In this document: in pieces, positions 24,930-34,132 of the stretch
Position numbering within the stretch: the first letter of the stretch is position 1
Layout: each line of letters starts with the position of its first letter
Source of the DNA: an uncultured Gammaproteobacteria bacterium
GTDB lineage: Bacteria > Cyanobacteriota > Vampirovibrionia > Gastranaerophilales > Gastranaerophilaceae
Length of the DNA stretch: 45,727 nucleotides
Direction of reading: 5' to 3'
NCBI GenBank assembly: GCA_964470205.1
Contig: CAYYBA010000001.1
Location: 1-45,727 of the forward strand
Program-made: the position numbers and the translations under genes
Notes under the pieces: model-generated
What the model saw: only the letters and a program-made list of their open reading frames with translations
What the model was told of the DNA's origin: nothing
Databases searched by the model: none

Positions 24930-25945
24930 CTATCTTTTAAAAGCAAATACAGCAGAATTCATAACTTGCTCATTAAAGATTCCGATACTTACCAACAATT
25001 CAAAATCTTTTATAGTCAAACCCGTTACTTTTTGAAATAATTCAGGTTCAAGTTGGCGTATAACATCTTGTAGGGTTTGCTCTCTTGCATCTGTTAAGTA
25101 CATAAAGACTGGCACTCTTGCTGCAAACTTTATTAATTTTTCTTGAATTTCTTTTCTTTTATTTTTAATCTCTTTTTCTTGTGCTGTCAGTTCTTTTTTT
25201 TCTTCGCCGCTCAATCCTCCAGGATTTTCTTTTTTAAGTTTATTCAGAGACTCAGATTTGTTCACAAGTGTTGTTAAGTCAAGTTTTAATTGCCTGAAAG
25301 TTTCAATTTTCCCTAATGCTTCCATTGCTGGTTCACTACTCAATAATTTTGAAAGTGTTCCATTATCGACATTAACCAATAATGCACTTTCCCAACGTCT
25401 TGCTAGCATTGATGAGGCTGTCCCACTAATTACCAAGTCTAAAAGTTCAGACGCGCTGATTTGATTCATTGTACTTCCGTCATAGCACAAAACTGGGAGA
25501 AAACTTATAAATTCTTCGACTCTTTTTTCCGGTGTATCTTTTGAATTAACGCTTAGTCTTGCACTATAATCTGCAATTTGTTTTAATGCTCTATCTGGTG
25601 CAAAATCAAATACATAACAAGTATTTTTCACGACTTCTTTTTCATTAGGGTTTAATCCATCAGGATTTTTCACAACCCATGGAGACTGAACTCTAAATGC
25701 TGATTGGAAATATGTTTCAGGGCTTGATGTGTTCCGTAGCATAAATATCCCACTCCATTGTGGAATTGTAACCCCTGTTGTTAGTTTCCCGCATGAAAGA
25801 GTTATTGTGCCATTGTTAAACCCGTTTCCAATTGCTCTTTCGACAGGAATGATTGCATCAACCCCCATTCCAGCTTCGCTTCCGGCACTTACAATGATTT
25901 CATACTTGTTATAAAAAGGGTGCCTTTTTAATAAATCGCCCATAG
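24930..25945 (-). pseudogene. 5'-truncated helicase gene fragment (type I/III restriction-enzyme-like SF2 helicase C-terminal half)
   Basis: CGKLTTGVTIPQWSGIFMLRNTSSPETYFQSAFRV resembles helicase motifs V-VI. No Walker A or DEAH region. The first ~18 codons of the track ORF are antisense to pilin sequence. Confidence 0.6.
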
Positions 25946-25952
25946 CTTTGCA

Positions 25953-26540
25953 AAACAAACGGTTGTACAGCTTAAAAGATTTTATTCGCAAATGTCTCAA
26001 GCATTTAATATGGCAAGAATTAATGAAGGAGAACCTGAAAATTGGGGCTGGAGTGCATATCTAAGTGATATCGGCTCAAAAAACGGATTAGATAAACTTG
26101 TGCCGTACCTTAAAATTACAAAATATTGCGGTTTAGAAATGTCAAAAGATTGCTTTCCCAATGTCACTTATAAATATTTAAACGGTAATGATTGGCTTAA
26201 AGCAGATAATGTCAATAGGTATGCCAAGGCAAAATTGGCTGACGGCACTATGTTCATAGTTGAATCATACAGTTCAAATTGTGAATTTTCAAGAGGAGCT
26301 ACAAAAGAGCTTAATGGAATTTGCGCTTTAATTCATGTTGATATTAACGGTTATAAAGGGCCAAACCAGTTGGGTCGTGATTATTTTACATTGTATCTTA
26401 CAAAAAACGGAATTATGCCGTCAGGTACGAAAAATGAATCTGCGCAAGATTGCAGTAAAAGCGGATACGGTTTTCGCTGTGCAGGCTGGGTAATCTATAA
26501 AGAAAATATGGACTATTTAAAACATGATGTAAATTGGTAG
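25953..26540 (+). pseudogene. 5'-truncated pilin-like gene (class i) lacking leader and hydrophobic N-terminal helix
   Basis: In-frame upstream reading gives KQTVVQLKRFYSQMSQAF, matching the post-helix region of the paralogs. The GFTLAEV... segment is absent. C-terminal DINGYKGPNQLGRDYF and NMDYLKHDVNW are intact. Confidence 0.7.
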
Positions 26541-26590
26541 TATATTAAAAGCAGCTTGCTAAATTATCTTGAATAGTTTAGAATAAAAGC

Positions 26591-27022
26591 ATGTTTTCAA
26601 ACTTTACCCAAAATACTATAGATATTTTGCAAGAAGCGCAAGAATTGGCACGGCATTTAGGGCATAATGTTGTTTATTCCGAACATCTTTTGCTTGCACT
26701 CGTGAAATTTAAAAAAGGTGTAGAAACAAAAATCTTTAAAATGTCCGGGCTTGATGTTGAAGAAATTGAAATGAAAATTTTAAGGAAATTAAGGGAAAAA
26801 TCTTATTTTGAAAAGACGGGAGAAATTCCCTTCAGCAAAAGTGCCCAAAACATTGTAAAAATGGCTGTAAAAATTGCAAAAGAAAGCAATAACAAGCTTG
26901 TAGTGCCGGCACACTTATATCTTGCAATTTTGACCACTAAAAATTTCGGCGCTTATAAAATTTTGGAAGAGTGCGATTTTGACAGGGAAAAAGTTATTGA
27001 AAACTTAAGGTCTTTACTGTAA
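26591..27022 (+). CDS. stand-alone Clp N-terminal (Clp_N) double-repeat domain protein
   Basis: Two Clp_N repeats: AQELARHLGHNVVYSEHLLLALV and AVKIAKESNNKLVVPAHLYLAIL. No AAA+ module follows. Confidence 0.75.
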   Translation: MFSNFTQNTIDILQEAQELARHLGHNVVYSEHLLLALVKFKKGVETKIFKMSGLDVEEIEMKILRKLREKSYFEKTGEIPFSKSAQNIVKMAVKIAKESNNKLVVPAHLYLAILTTKNFGAYKILEECDFDREKVIENLRSLL

Positions 27023-27680
27023 GAGCATTTTCACTTATAAAATTTTTCACAAAATTTTTGCGATGAAATTCGCAAATACCATGCTTTTTTATGGCTTCAA
27101 TGTGCTCTCGTGTTAAATAGCCCTTATTTTGCGCCCAATTGTATTGAGGATATTTTTTGTGCAGCATGCACATGTATCTGTCGCGCTCAACTTTGGCTAA
27201 AACGCTTGCAGCGGCAATTGAAGCGGATTTAGTATCCCCTTTTATAACGGTTTTTTGCGCCTGTACGGCAGGGATTTTTCTATTGCCATCCACCAAAATT
27301 AAAGGCGATTGCGCACATATCTGCTCTAAAACATCAAAAACTGCCTGTTTCATAGCAAGAAGGGAGCTTTGCAGGATATTTATTTCCTCTATTTTATCAA
27401 TTTCAACACAATGAATGCTATAAAAACTCACACTTTTTATAATTTCAAAAAGCTCCTCGCGCGTTTTTTGAGTTAATTTTTTAGAATCATCTAAAACATA
27501 AATTTCTTTTGGTAACTTTACATCCCTAAAACAAACAGCGGCGGCATACACTCCCCCTGCTCCGGGGCCTCTGCCCGCTTCATCTGTGCCTATTAAGGCA
27601 TCATAGGGGTTTAAATTAAGCTTTAAAGCGCCCACAGTACCTTTTTTAATTTTTTTGTCAAAATCAAACAGGCATTTCAT
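26994..27680 (-). CDS. rnhB: ribonuclease HII
   Basis: GTDEAGRGPGAGGVYAAAV and DDSKKL motifs. Position after rbgA. Confidence 0.9.
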   Translation of the reverse strand: MKCLFDFDKKIKKGTVGALKLNLNPYDALIGTDEAGRGPGAGGVYAAAVCFRDVKLPKEIYVLDDSKKLTQKTREELFEIIKSVSFYSIHCVEIDKIEEINILQSSLLAMKQAVFDVLEQICAQSPLILVDGNRKIPAVQAQKTVIKGDTKSASIAAASVLAKVERDRYMCMLHKKYPQYNWAQNKGYLTREHIEAIKKHGICEFHRKNFVKNFISENALTVKTLSFQ

Positions 27681-28500
27681 CTAAAGTAATTTTTCCTATT
27701 TTTCCGTCCCTGAAATTTGAAAGTATAAATTCGCATGTACGCACAATATCAGGTTTTGCGCCCTGTACAAGCCAGTTTCTTGATAACGCTATATTTGTCA
27801 TTTCACAATCCTCTAAATTGTAATATTCACGCAAAAGTTTTTCATAGTTTTTTTGAAGAACCTTTAACAGCTCGCCCGCAACATATTCGCTATCATAGGC
27901 TTTTTCGCCCACGGAATTTACATAGGCAAGCTTTAGCGCAACTTCTTGATCTTTTAGAGCCATAGGGATAATGCCAGGGGTATCAAGCAAATCAATTTTA
28001 GGGTGCACCCTGACCCACTGCTGCTGACGCGTTACACCTGCTTTTGCACCTGTTTTTGTCTTTGCTTTTTTAATTAAGCGGTTAATTATGCTGGATTTGC
28101 CCACATTTGGAAGCCCCACCACCATAGTGCGCACGGGGCGCGGGAGCATTTGCTTTTTTAAAAGTTCAAGCACCATGGGGCGCGAAAGCTCCAAAATTTT
28201 ATTTACAACTTTATTTATGGCTTTTGAATCCTGCACACTCATTAAAAGTACGGGGCACCCTGACTCTTTTTGTATAAACTTCTGCCAATCCGAAAGTGTT
28301 GCAGCATCTGCTAAATCAACTTTATTTAAAATAATAAGCCGCGGTTTTTGAGAGCAGAGAGTTTGAATATCTTTATAAGCACTTGAAATTGGAAGTCTTG
28401 CATCCAAAACTTCCACAACCACGTCAATAAGATTAAGCTTTTCTTTTAAGTCCCTCTGGGCTTTGGCTATATGCCCCGGATACCATTGGATATGGCTCAA
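27664..28500 (-). CDS. rbgA: ribosome biogenesis GTPase A (YlqF/RbgA)
   Basis: IQWYPGHIAKA start. Circularly permuted GTPase motifs (NKVDL ... GLPNVGKSS ... DTPG). Confidence 0.9.
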   Translation of the reverse strand: MSHIQWYPGHIAKAQRDLKEKLNLIDVVVEVLDARLPISSAYKDIQTLCSQKPRLIILNKVDLADAATLSDWQKFIQKESGCPVLLMSVQDSKAINKVVNKILELSRPMVLELLKKQMLPRPVRTMVVGLPNVGKSSIINRLIKKAKTKTGAKAGVTRQQQWVRVHPKIDLLDTPGIIPMALKDQEVALKLAYVNSVGEKAYDSEYVAGELLKVLQKNYEKLLREYYNLEDCEMTNIALSRNWLVQGAKPDIVRTCEFILSNFRDGKIGKITLDEMPV

Positions 28501-28850
28501 CGTTTTTCCATTTTTTCTTTAATACGTGTAGCTTTGCCGGAAAGTGCTCTTAAATAGTAAAGTTTAGAGCGTCTTACATCACCTTTGCGCAAAATTTGAA
28601 TTTTTTCAATTCTTGGAGAATAAATAGCAAAAACACGCTCTACGCCGACACCTTGGAAAATTTTTCTAACAGTGATAGTTTTGCCGACACCTGAGCCGCG
28701 TTTTTTAATTACAGTGCCTTCAAAAGCTTGGACACGTTCTTTATTGCCTTCAATAATCCTTACAAAAACCTTAACGGTATCGCCGGGCTGCGCGTTAGGC
28801 ATTTCTTTTTGGGTGTATTCTTTTTGTAATTCATCAATAATTGGGTTCAT
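28497..28850 (-). CDS. rplS: 50S ribosomal protein L19
   Basis: 117 aa. GDTVKVFVRIIEGNKERVQAFEGTVI is typical of L19. Confidence 0.95.
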   Translation of the reverse strand: MNPIIDELQKEYTQKEMPNAQPGDTVKVFVRIIEGNKERVQAFEGTVIKKRGSGVGKTITVRKIFQGVGVERVFAIYSPRIEKIQILRKGDVRRSKLYYLRALSGKATRIKEKMEKR

Positions 28851-28889
28851 TTCATACCTTCTTTGACTTTCAAAATAATCGTACTTTCT

Positions 28890-28918
28890 ATAATAAGGCG
28901 AACATGTTTATTTTTCAA
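28890..28918 (-). promoter_or_regulatory. candidate sigma70 promoter for rplS-rbgA-rnhB
   Basis: On the minus strand: TTGAAA (28918-28913), 17-nt spacer, TATTAT (28895-28890). Confidence 0.4.
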
Positions 28919-28939
28919 GTAGTTTTTTTGATTTGTTAA

Positions 28940-29158
28940 CTAAAATTTAAAATCAAGCATTTGCGCAGGTTTTAAATCAAGAGCACGCGCGATACCAACA
29001 AGCGTTAAATAGCCGGGGTTGCTTTTGCCGCATTCAATTTCGCTTAAAGAACTTGTGCTCAAATTGGCAAGTTCGGCTAAATGCTCCTGCGACATTTTGC
29101 GCTTCATACGCTCCAACCTTATTTTTGCGCCCAATTCTAGAAGTAATTCGTTTTCCAT
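28940..29158 (-). CDS. XRE family HTH transcriptional regulator (small)
   Basis: MSQEHLAELANLSTSSLSEIECGKSNP HTH. Divergent from the pilin-like pair. Confidence 0.8.
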   Translation of the reverse strand: MENELLLELGAKIRLERMKRKMSQEHLAELANLSTSSLSEIECGKSNPGYLTLVGIARALDLKPAQMLDFKF

Positions 29159-29175
29159 GGTATTATTGTATTATC

Positions 29176-29230
29176 TTGACACAAACAATTCCATATGTTA
29201 TGATTAAATTATATAGTTTAAACACTATAT
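29176..29230 (+). promoter_or_regulatory. sigma70-type promoter plus downstream inverted repeat (candidate operator) for pilin-like 29245
   Basis: TTGACA (29176-29181), 17-nt spacer, TATGAT (29199-29204). Then ATATAGT-TTAAAC-ACTATAT (29211-29230) just before the GAAAGG RBS. Confidence 0.5.
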
Positions 29231-29244
29231 GAAAGGTTTATAGT

Positions 29245-29907
29245 ATGAAAAAAATTGCCGCGAAAAAAGGTTTTACCCTCGCTGAAGTTCTTATAACATT
29301 AGCCATAATCGGTGTTGTTGCGGCATTAACAATACCTGGCGTTATTCGCAATTACAGAGAAGTGCAATATAAAGCACAAGTCAAAAAAGCATTTTCAACA
29401 CTGCAGCAGGCTGTAAATAAAACAAGTTATGATTTTGGCACAACACCTCGCTGTTATATCGATTACAGCGGCGGTGGCGATAGCCAAAACGTTTATTACA
29501 ACACGGAATGCCCGTCTTTTTTTAAAACGTTAAGAGATAATATGAAAGTTGCAAAATACTGCAGCGGCAACGCTTACGCAAACGGATGTATACCAGATTA
29601 TAACCCTTCTCCTACAAGCTCTGCAACAGTTAATGCTTTTTGTACCGAATGGTTAAAAAAATACGACCCTACCTGGGTTTTAACAGATGGCACAATAATA
29701 ATAAGCTATGCCGGTACACACCCTTTAATGGCTTTTGACATTAACGGCAAAAAAGGCCCCAATAAATTCGGATATGATTTATTTGCGCTAAGCCTTACAA
29801 AAGATAACAACAAGGGTGTGGTTATAACAAACCTTAGAATAGGTGGAGAGCCTCTTGAAGAAGGGGGAAAATCTTTGTTTGATACACTTAAATGGGCTTA
29901 TGAATAA
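29245..29907 (+). CDS. prepilin-type pilin-like protein, divergent class iii
   Basis: MKKIAAKKG|FTLAEVLITLAIIGVVAALTIPGV. DINGKKGPNKFGYDLFAL motif. Different C-terminus (LKWAYE). Confidence 0.85.
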   Translation: MKKIAAKKGFTLAEVLITLAIIGVVAALTIPGVIRNYREVQYKAQVKKAFSTLQQAVNKTSYDFGTTPRCYIDYSGGGDSQNVYYNTECPSFFKTLRDNMKVAKYCSGNAYANGCIPDYNPSPTSSATVNAFCTEWLKKYDPTWVLTDGTIIISYAGTHPLMAFDINGKKGPNKFGYDLFALSLTKDNNKGVVITNLRIGGEPLEEGGKSLFDTLKWAYE

Positions 29908-29995
29908 ATTTAGAGTGTTTCAGTCTGTTTGGCAAACACAGGAAAGTTGCAAAAAGGGGCAAAATATTCTACAATAAAGGGAAAAGGAGATAAAA

Positions 29996-30739
29996 ATGGA
30001 GGAAATTATTGCATTTACTGACGCCCCCGTAGATAAAAAAGGTTTTACGCTTGCAGAAGTATTGATAACTCTTGCAATAATAGGCATTGTGGCAGCGCTT
30101 ACCGTGCCTACGGTTATAAGAAATTATCAAGAGCGCCAAACAGTAACAGCCTTAAAGAAATTTTACACGGAAATAAGTCAAGCGTATGCAAGAGCGCAGG
30201 TGGGTAATGCCACACCCGACACCTGGAATTGGGGGGCAGGTGCCGACGGCACAAGTGCCGATAAAATTATAGATATTTTAGCGCCGTATTTGAAAATTAC
30301 AAAAAGATGCGGGAATGCCGGCGGGTGCTTTTCGCCTGACACTTATAAAACTTTAAACAAAAATATTAGTTGGCACGGACCAAACTTTGGACAATATGCA
30401 AGTGCACAATTTGCAAACGGATTAGCGTTTTGGATTTATACACAAGGTAGTGGCTGTACAACAAACAGGGGCAGCACAAAGGGGCTTGGCTCTATTTGTG
30501 GTCATATTGGGGTTGATTTAAATGGTTATAAAAAACCAAACCAATTGGGACACGACACTTTTTATTTTTACTTAACAAAATATAATATTATTCCAATGGG
30601 TACAAAAGATGAAACTATGTATACTATATCAAACTATTGTAAAATTTCAACTCAAACGGATAACAATGGTTTTGCATGTACTGCCTGGGTTATTCAAAAA
30701 GGCAACATGGATTATTTAAAACAAGATGTTAACTGGTAA
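29996..30739 (+). CDS. prepilin-type pilin-like protein, class i
   Basis: DKKG|FTLAEVLITLAIIGIVAALTVPTV. AAAGGAG RBS. DLNGYKKPNQLGHDTFYF, CTAWVIQKGNMDYLKQDVNW. Confidence 0.85.
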   Translation: MEEIIAFTDAPVDKKGFTLAEVLITLAIIGIVAALTVPTVIRNYQERQTVTALKKFYTEISQAYARAQVGNATPDTWNWGAGADGTSADKIIDILAPYLKITKRCGNAGGCFSPDTYKTLNKNISWHGPNFGQYASAQFANGLAFWIYTQGSGCTTNRGSTKGLGSICGHIGVDLNGYKKPNQLGHDTFYFYLTKYNIIPMGTKDETMYTISNYCKISTQTDNNGFACTAWVIQKGNMDYLKQDVNW

Positions 30740-31357
30740 TTAAAGGCTTCTAATTCTATTAATAGGCCAGAAGATAAAAATGGAGCGTCCTATTATTCTC
30801 TCTTTCGCTAAAAACCCCCAAAAACGGCTGTCCTGGCTGTTTGCACGGTTATCTCCCATCATAAAATATTCGTTTTCGGGAATTACAAAAGGCCCGCAGT
30901 ATTTGTCTTTATCACAAACAGTCCAGTCTTTATGTGTTAAAACATAGGGTTCATCAAGTTTTTTGCCGTTTATATAAACATAACTTTCATTATTTTTATT
31001 TGTTTTAATTTCAAATTTATCACCGGGTATCCCTATAACACGTTTAATATAGGCAATGTCCTTGCAAAAAATTCCCGTCAAACGCGCAAATACGGCAAAA
31101 AAACCATTTTCTAGCTTTTCTTGCGGGGGATAAAACACTAAAATATCGCCCCTTTGAGGCAGCCTTTTAAAACGTGATACCCTTTCAACAAAAACTCTGT
31201 CGCGTTCAACAAGTGTCGGATGCATTGAACCTGAAGGAATCCACCTTAATTCACCCAGGAAAAAACGAATTATAACAACTGCAACAATGACAAAAACAAC
31301 AGTTTCTACAGTTTCTTTTATAAACGCCTTGATTTGTGTATTCTTTAGTTTTGCCAC
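30740..31357 (-). CDS. lepB: signal peptidase I
   Basis: SGSMHPTL (Ser), RVIGIPGD and GDNRANSQDSRFWG motifs. Confidence 0.9.
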   Translation of the reverse strand: MAKLKNTQIKAFIKETVETVVFVIVAVVIIRFFLGELRWIPSGSMHPTLVERDRVFVERVSRFKRLPQRGDILVFYPPQEKLENGFFAVFARLTGIFCKDIAYIKRVIGIPGDKFEIKTNKNNESYVYINGKKLDEPYVLTHKDWTVCDKDKYCGPFVIPENEYFMMGDNRANSQDSRFWGFLAKERIIGRSIFIFWPINRIRSL

Positions 31358-31358
31358 A

Positions 31359-32207
31359 TTAATTATCCTTTAAATTCTCAAATATTTCGCTTAAGGCTTT
31401 CCTGTAATCATTATTACCCGCAAACATTAATTTTTTATTAGCATTGAGGACAATATTATCCAAAAATTCTTTGGCCTCAATTATATATTTGCCTTCCAGT
31501 GTCATAATATCACAATCAGATTTTTTTTGCATGCACGATAGTACATAGGGAAGAGTGTAAATTCCGTTTTTGATATCTTCTTTGGAATTAAGGTCGTTTA
31601 AAATTTGAAAAGCAAGCCCGAAATCAAGGGTAAAATCTTCAATATCTTTTGCATGTTCCTTGTAATTTGATATTAAAAGAGCGGATTTGACAGCGCACAC
31701 AAACAAAAGTGCGGTTTTATTTTTAGATTTTTCAAGATATTGTTCTAAATTCGGTACTTTATTTTTTTGAAAATACTGATCAATTTCGCCTTTACACATA
31801 TTTTTTATGTTTTGGGAAAAAATTTCAATAACAGAGGGCGAATTTATTTGTGCAAGCTTTTCAAAAGCTAAAGAAAGCAAAAAATCACCTGCAAGGGTTG
31901 CTTCTTTTGCGCCGAATTTTGTGTGAAAAGTTTCCCCGCAGCGCCTTAGTGCTGCTTCATCTATAATATCATCATGGATTAAGGTGGCATTGTGCACAAG
32001 TTCAATTGCAAGTGCAAGTTTTTGATGATTGGGCGTAATTTCAAGATTAAGCATTTTTAAAATCAAAAACATAACTTTAGGGCGAAGCCTTTTCGCGCGC
32101 GCGAAAACAAAACTTTTTAAATCTTCAAAAAGCTCGTTTTTGTTATTTTCAAGCACGCTTAACAAATCACGTTCAAGCAGCCTTAGTGCGTTTTCAATAC
32201 CTATCAT
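31359..32207 (-). CDS. trans-polyprenyl diphosphate synthase family protein (second Asp-rich motif degenerate)
   Basis: First Asp-rich motif LIHDDIIDE is present. The second is FQILNDLNS instead of DDxxD. 282 aa. Confidence 0.75.
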   Translation of the reverse strand: MIGIENALRLLERDLLSVLENNKNELFEDLKSFVFARAKRLRPKVMFLILKMLNLEITPNHQKLALAIELVHNATLIHDDIIDEAALRRCGETFHTKFGAKEATLAGDFLLSLAFEKLAQINSPSVIEIFSQNIKNMCKGEIDQYFQKNKVPNLEQYLEKSKNKTALLFVCAVKSALLISNYKEHAKDIEDFTLDFGLAFQILNDLNSKEDIKNGIYTLPYVLSCMQKKSDCDIMTLEGKYIIEAKEFLDNIVLNANKKLMFAGNNDYRKALSEIFENLKDN

Positions 32208-33314
32208 CTATATTAAAAAATTGCCGTTTTCATATATTAATTTATCGTCAGCATAAATTTTGCCGCCCTGTTTCATATTTTTTATAATATCCCAATGCAG
32301 CCCGGAAATATTTCTGCCGCCTGTCTCGGGGTAGGATGAGCCTAGCGCCATATGGATTGAACCTCCTATTTTTTCATCAAATAAAATATTGCCCGTAACA
32401 TCAACCACCCTTTGATTTGTGCCGATTGCAATTTCGCCTACAAAGCATGAACCTTCATCCATATTTAACATTGATTGGAAAAATTCATCGCCTTTTTCGG
32501 CATAACCTTCCACAACTTTGCCGTTTTCAAGCTTTAAATGGATTTTATGAGCTTCATTGCCCCTGTATATAGCGGGAAAATCAAAATAAATTTCGCCTGT
32601 TGCGGAATTTTCAACCGGAGATGTAAAAACTTCACCATCGGGGAAATTATTCAAGCCGCAGCAGTTAATCCATTTTCTGCCTTCGGTTGAAAAGGTAATA
32701 TCGGTTTTTTCGCCCACAACCCTTAATTTTGATGTGCCAGTAAGGTATTGGGCAATTTTTTCCTGCTTTTCGCCAATTTCTATCCACTTATCTATGGGAT
32801 TTTCCAAATCCAAATAGCACGAATTTATAATAAATTCCCAATAATCTTCAAGGCTCATTTTGGCTTCCTGCGCTAAGGCATTTGTGGGATAATCTGCTAT
32901 AACCCAGCTTAATTCACCTTTAGCGGCTCTTTTTAGCATAATTTCCGATAATTCTTTTGTAGCGCTAGAGCGCCTGGCAAGTTTTTTCATATCCGCTCTT
33001 GCCATATTTTTAACGTTTTTAGGAGCCCCCAAAGATATATAAACATCTGCACGCTCGTACTCCAATTTTGTCATAGGATCAATAAATTTTAACTGCTCTT
33101 CATTTGCATATTTAATATACACTTCGCTCATTTCATCCACCCCGCAGCGTACAACAGGATTTGCACCTTTTTTAAGCACAAGCTTATAAATTTCTTTTGC
33201 CAGAGGCTGCGCTTCAAGGCTTTCAAGCCTTATAATTACAAGGTCGTTTTCTTTAACTTTTGTGGAATAATCAACCAGGATTTTTGCATATTTTTCAATA
33301 ACGGAACATACCAT
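32208..33314 (-). CDS. M29 family aminopeptidase (AmpS/PepS-like)
   Basis: 368 aa. N-terminal YAKILVDYSTKVKENDLVIIR and C-terminal GGSIHMALGSSY are typical of aminopeptidase T/II. Confidence 0.8.
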   Translation of the reverse strand: MVCSVIEKYAKILVDYSTKVKENDLVIIRLESLEAQPLAKEIYKLVLKKGANPVVRCGVDEMSEVYIKYANEEQLKFIDPMTKLEYERADVYISLGAPKNVKNMARADMKKLARRSSATKELSEIMLKRAAKGELSWVIADYPTNALAQEAKMSLEDYWEFIINSCYLDLENPIDKWIEIGEKQEKIAQYLTGTSKLRVVGEKTDITFSTEGRKWINCCGLNNFPDGEVFTSPVENSATGEIYFDFPAIYRGNEAHKIHLKLENGKVVEGYAEKGDEFFQSMLNMDEGSCFVGEIAIGTNQRVVDVTGNILFDEKIGGSIHMALGSSYPETGGRNISGLHWDIIKNMKQGGKIYADDKLIYENGNFLI

Positions 33315-33316
33315 TT

Positions 33317-34123
33317 TTATTCTCCTTCTGTCATATTAGCGTAAAAAACCCCTTTGCTTCTTAAGGATACGCCTCTTTTTGAGGTTTTTACGAATTCAAC
33401 AAGGTTTCTGACATAATCATTCATTTTAACGGTTTTTTCAATTTCTTCAAGCGCTTGAGTTGTATTAAAATGTTCGCTGGTTAAAATCCTTAGTGCTATA
33501 TGCACTGCGTCTCTGTCTTCCTTGCTTACACCCTTGCGCCTTAAGCCTATCGCATTAATCCCCAAAGGAATGGAGGGGATGCCTTCCGCTTTAACATAGG
33601 GCAAAATATCCTTTCTGGCAGCAGAAGCGCCTGAAACTATTGCCATATCGCCAATTCTTATATTTTGATGAAATACGCTCAAACCGCCCAAAAAAGCACC
33701 GTAACCGACATGGACATGACCTCCTATGGTTGCAGCATTTGCCATAATAACTTCATCTTCTACAACACAGTTGTGCGCAACGTGAGAATATGCCATAAGC
33801 AGGCATTTTTTGCCGACAACGGTTTGAGTGCCCTCGCCCGAGGCTCTGTGCACGCTTGCAAATTCTCTTATCCAGCAATTATCGCCTATAACAGCTTTTG
33901 TGGGTTCACCCTTATAACCTAAATCTTGAGGTTCAGCCCCAATAACCGCCATAGGACCTATTTTTACGTCATGCCCTATTTCGCAGTATTCCAAATACGC
34001 ACCCGGCAAAATTTTAGTGCCGCTTTTTATTATAACGTTTTCGCCTATAAAAACATTGGGGCCTATTGAAACGTTATCTTCAATTTGGGCTGTTTTTGAT
34101 ATTATTGCCGTTTTATCTATCAT
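33317..34123 (-). CDS. lpxA: acyl-ACP--UDP-N-acetylglucosamine O-acyltransferase
   Basis: Left-handed beta-helix hexapeptide repeats plus a helical C-terminal domain. Position after fabZ. Confidence 0.9.
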   Translation of the reverse strand: MIDKTAIISKTAQIEDNVSIGPNVFIGENVIIKSGTKILPGAYLEYCEIGHDVKIGPMAVIGAEPQDLGYKGEPTKAVIGDNCWIREFASVHRASGEGTQTVVGKKCLLMAYSHVAHNCVVEDEVIMANAATIGGHVHVGYGAFLGGLSVFHQNIRIGDMAIVSGASAARKDILPYVKAEGIPSIPLGINAIGLRRKGVSKEDRDAVHIALRILTSEHFNTTQALEEIEKTVKMNDYVRNLVEFVKTSKRGVSLRSKGVFYANMTEGE

Positions 34124-34132
34124 TTTTTTCTC

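Noticed and set aside
15952-25945. Calling the glycan block a mobile element or genomic island
   Set aside because: No integrase, transposase, tRNA target or flanking direct repeats are visible. Only the composition shift and the broken genes at one edge support acquisition, so it is reported as a finding and not as a mobile_element feature.
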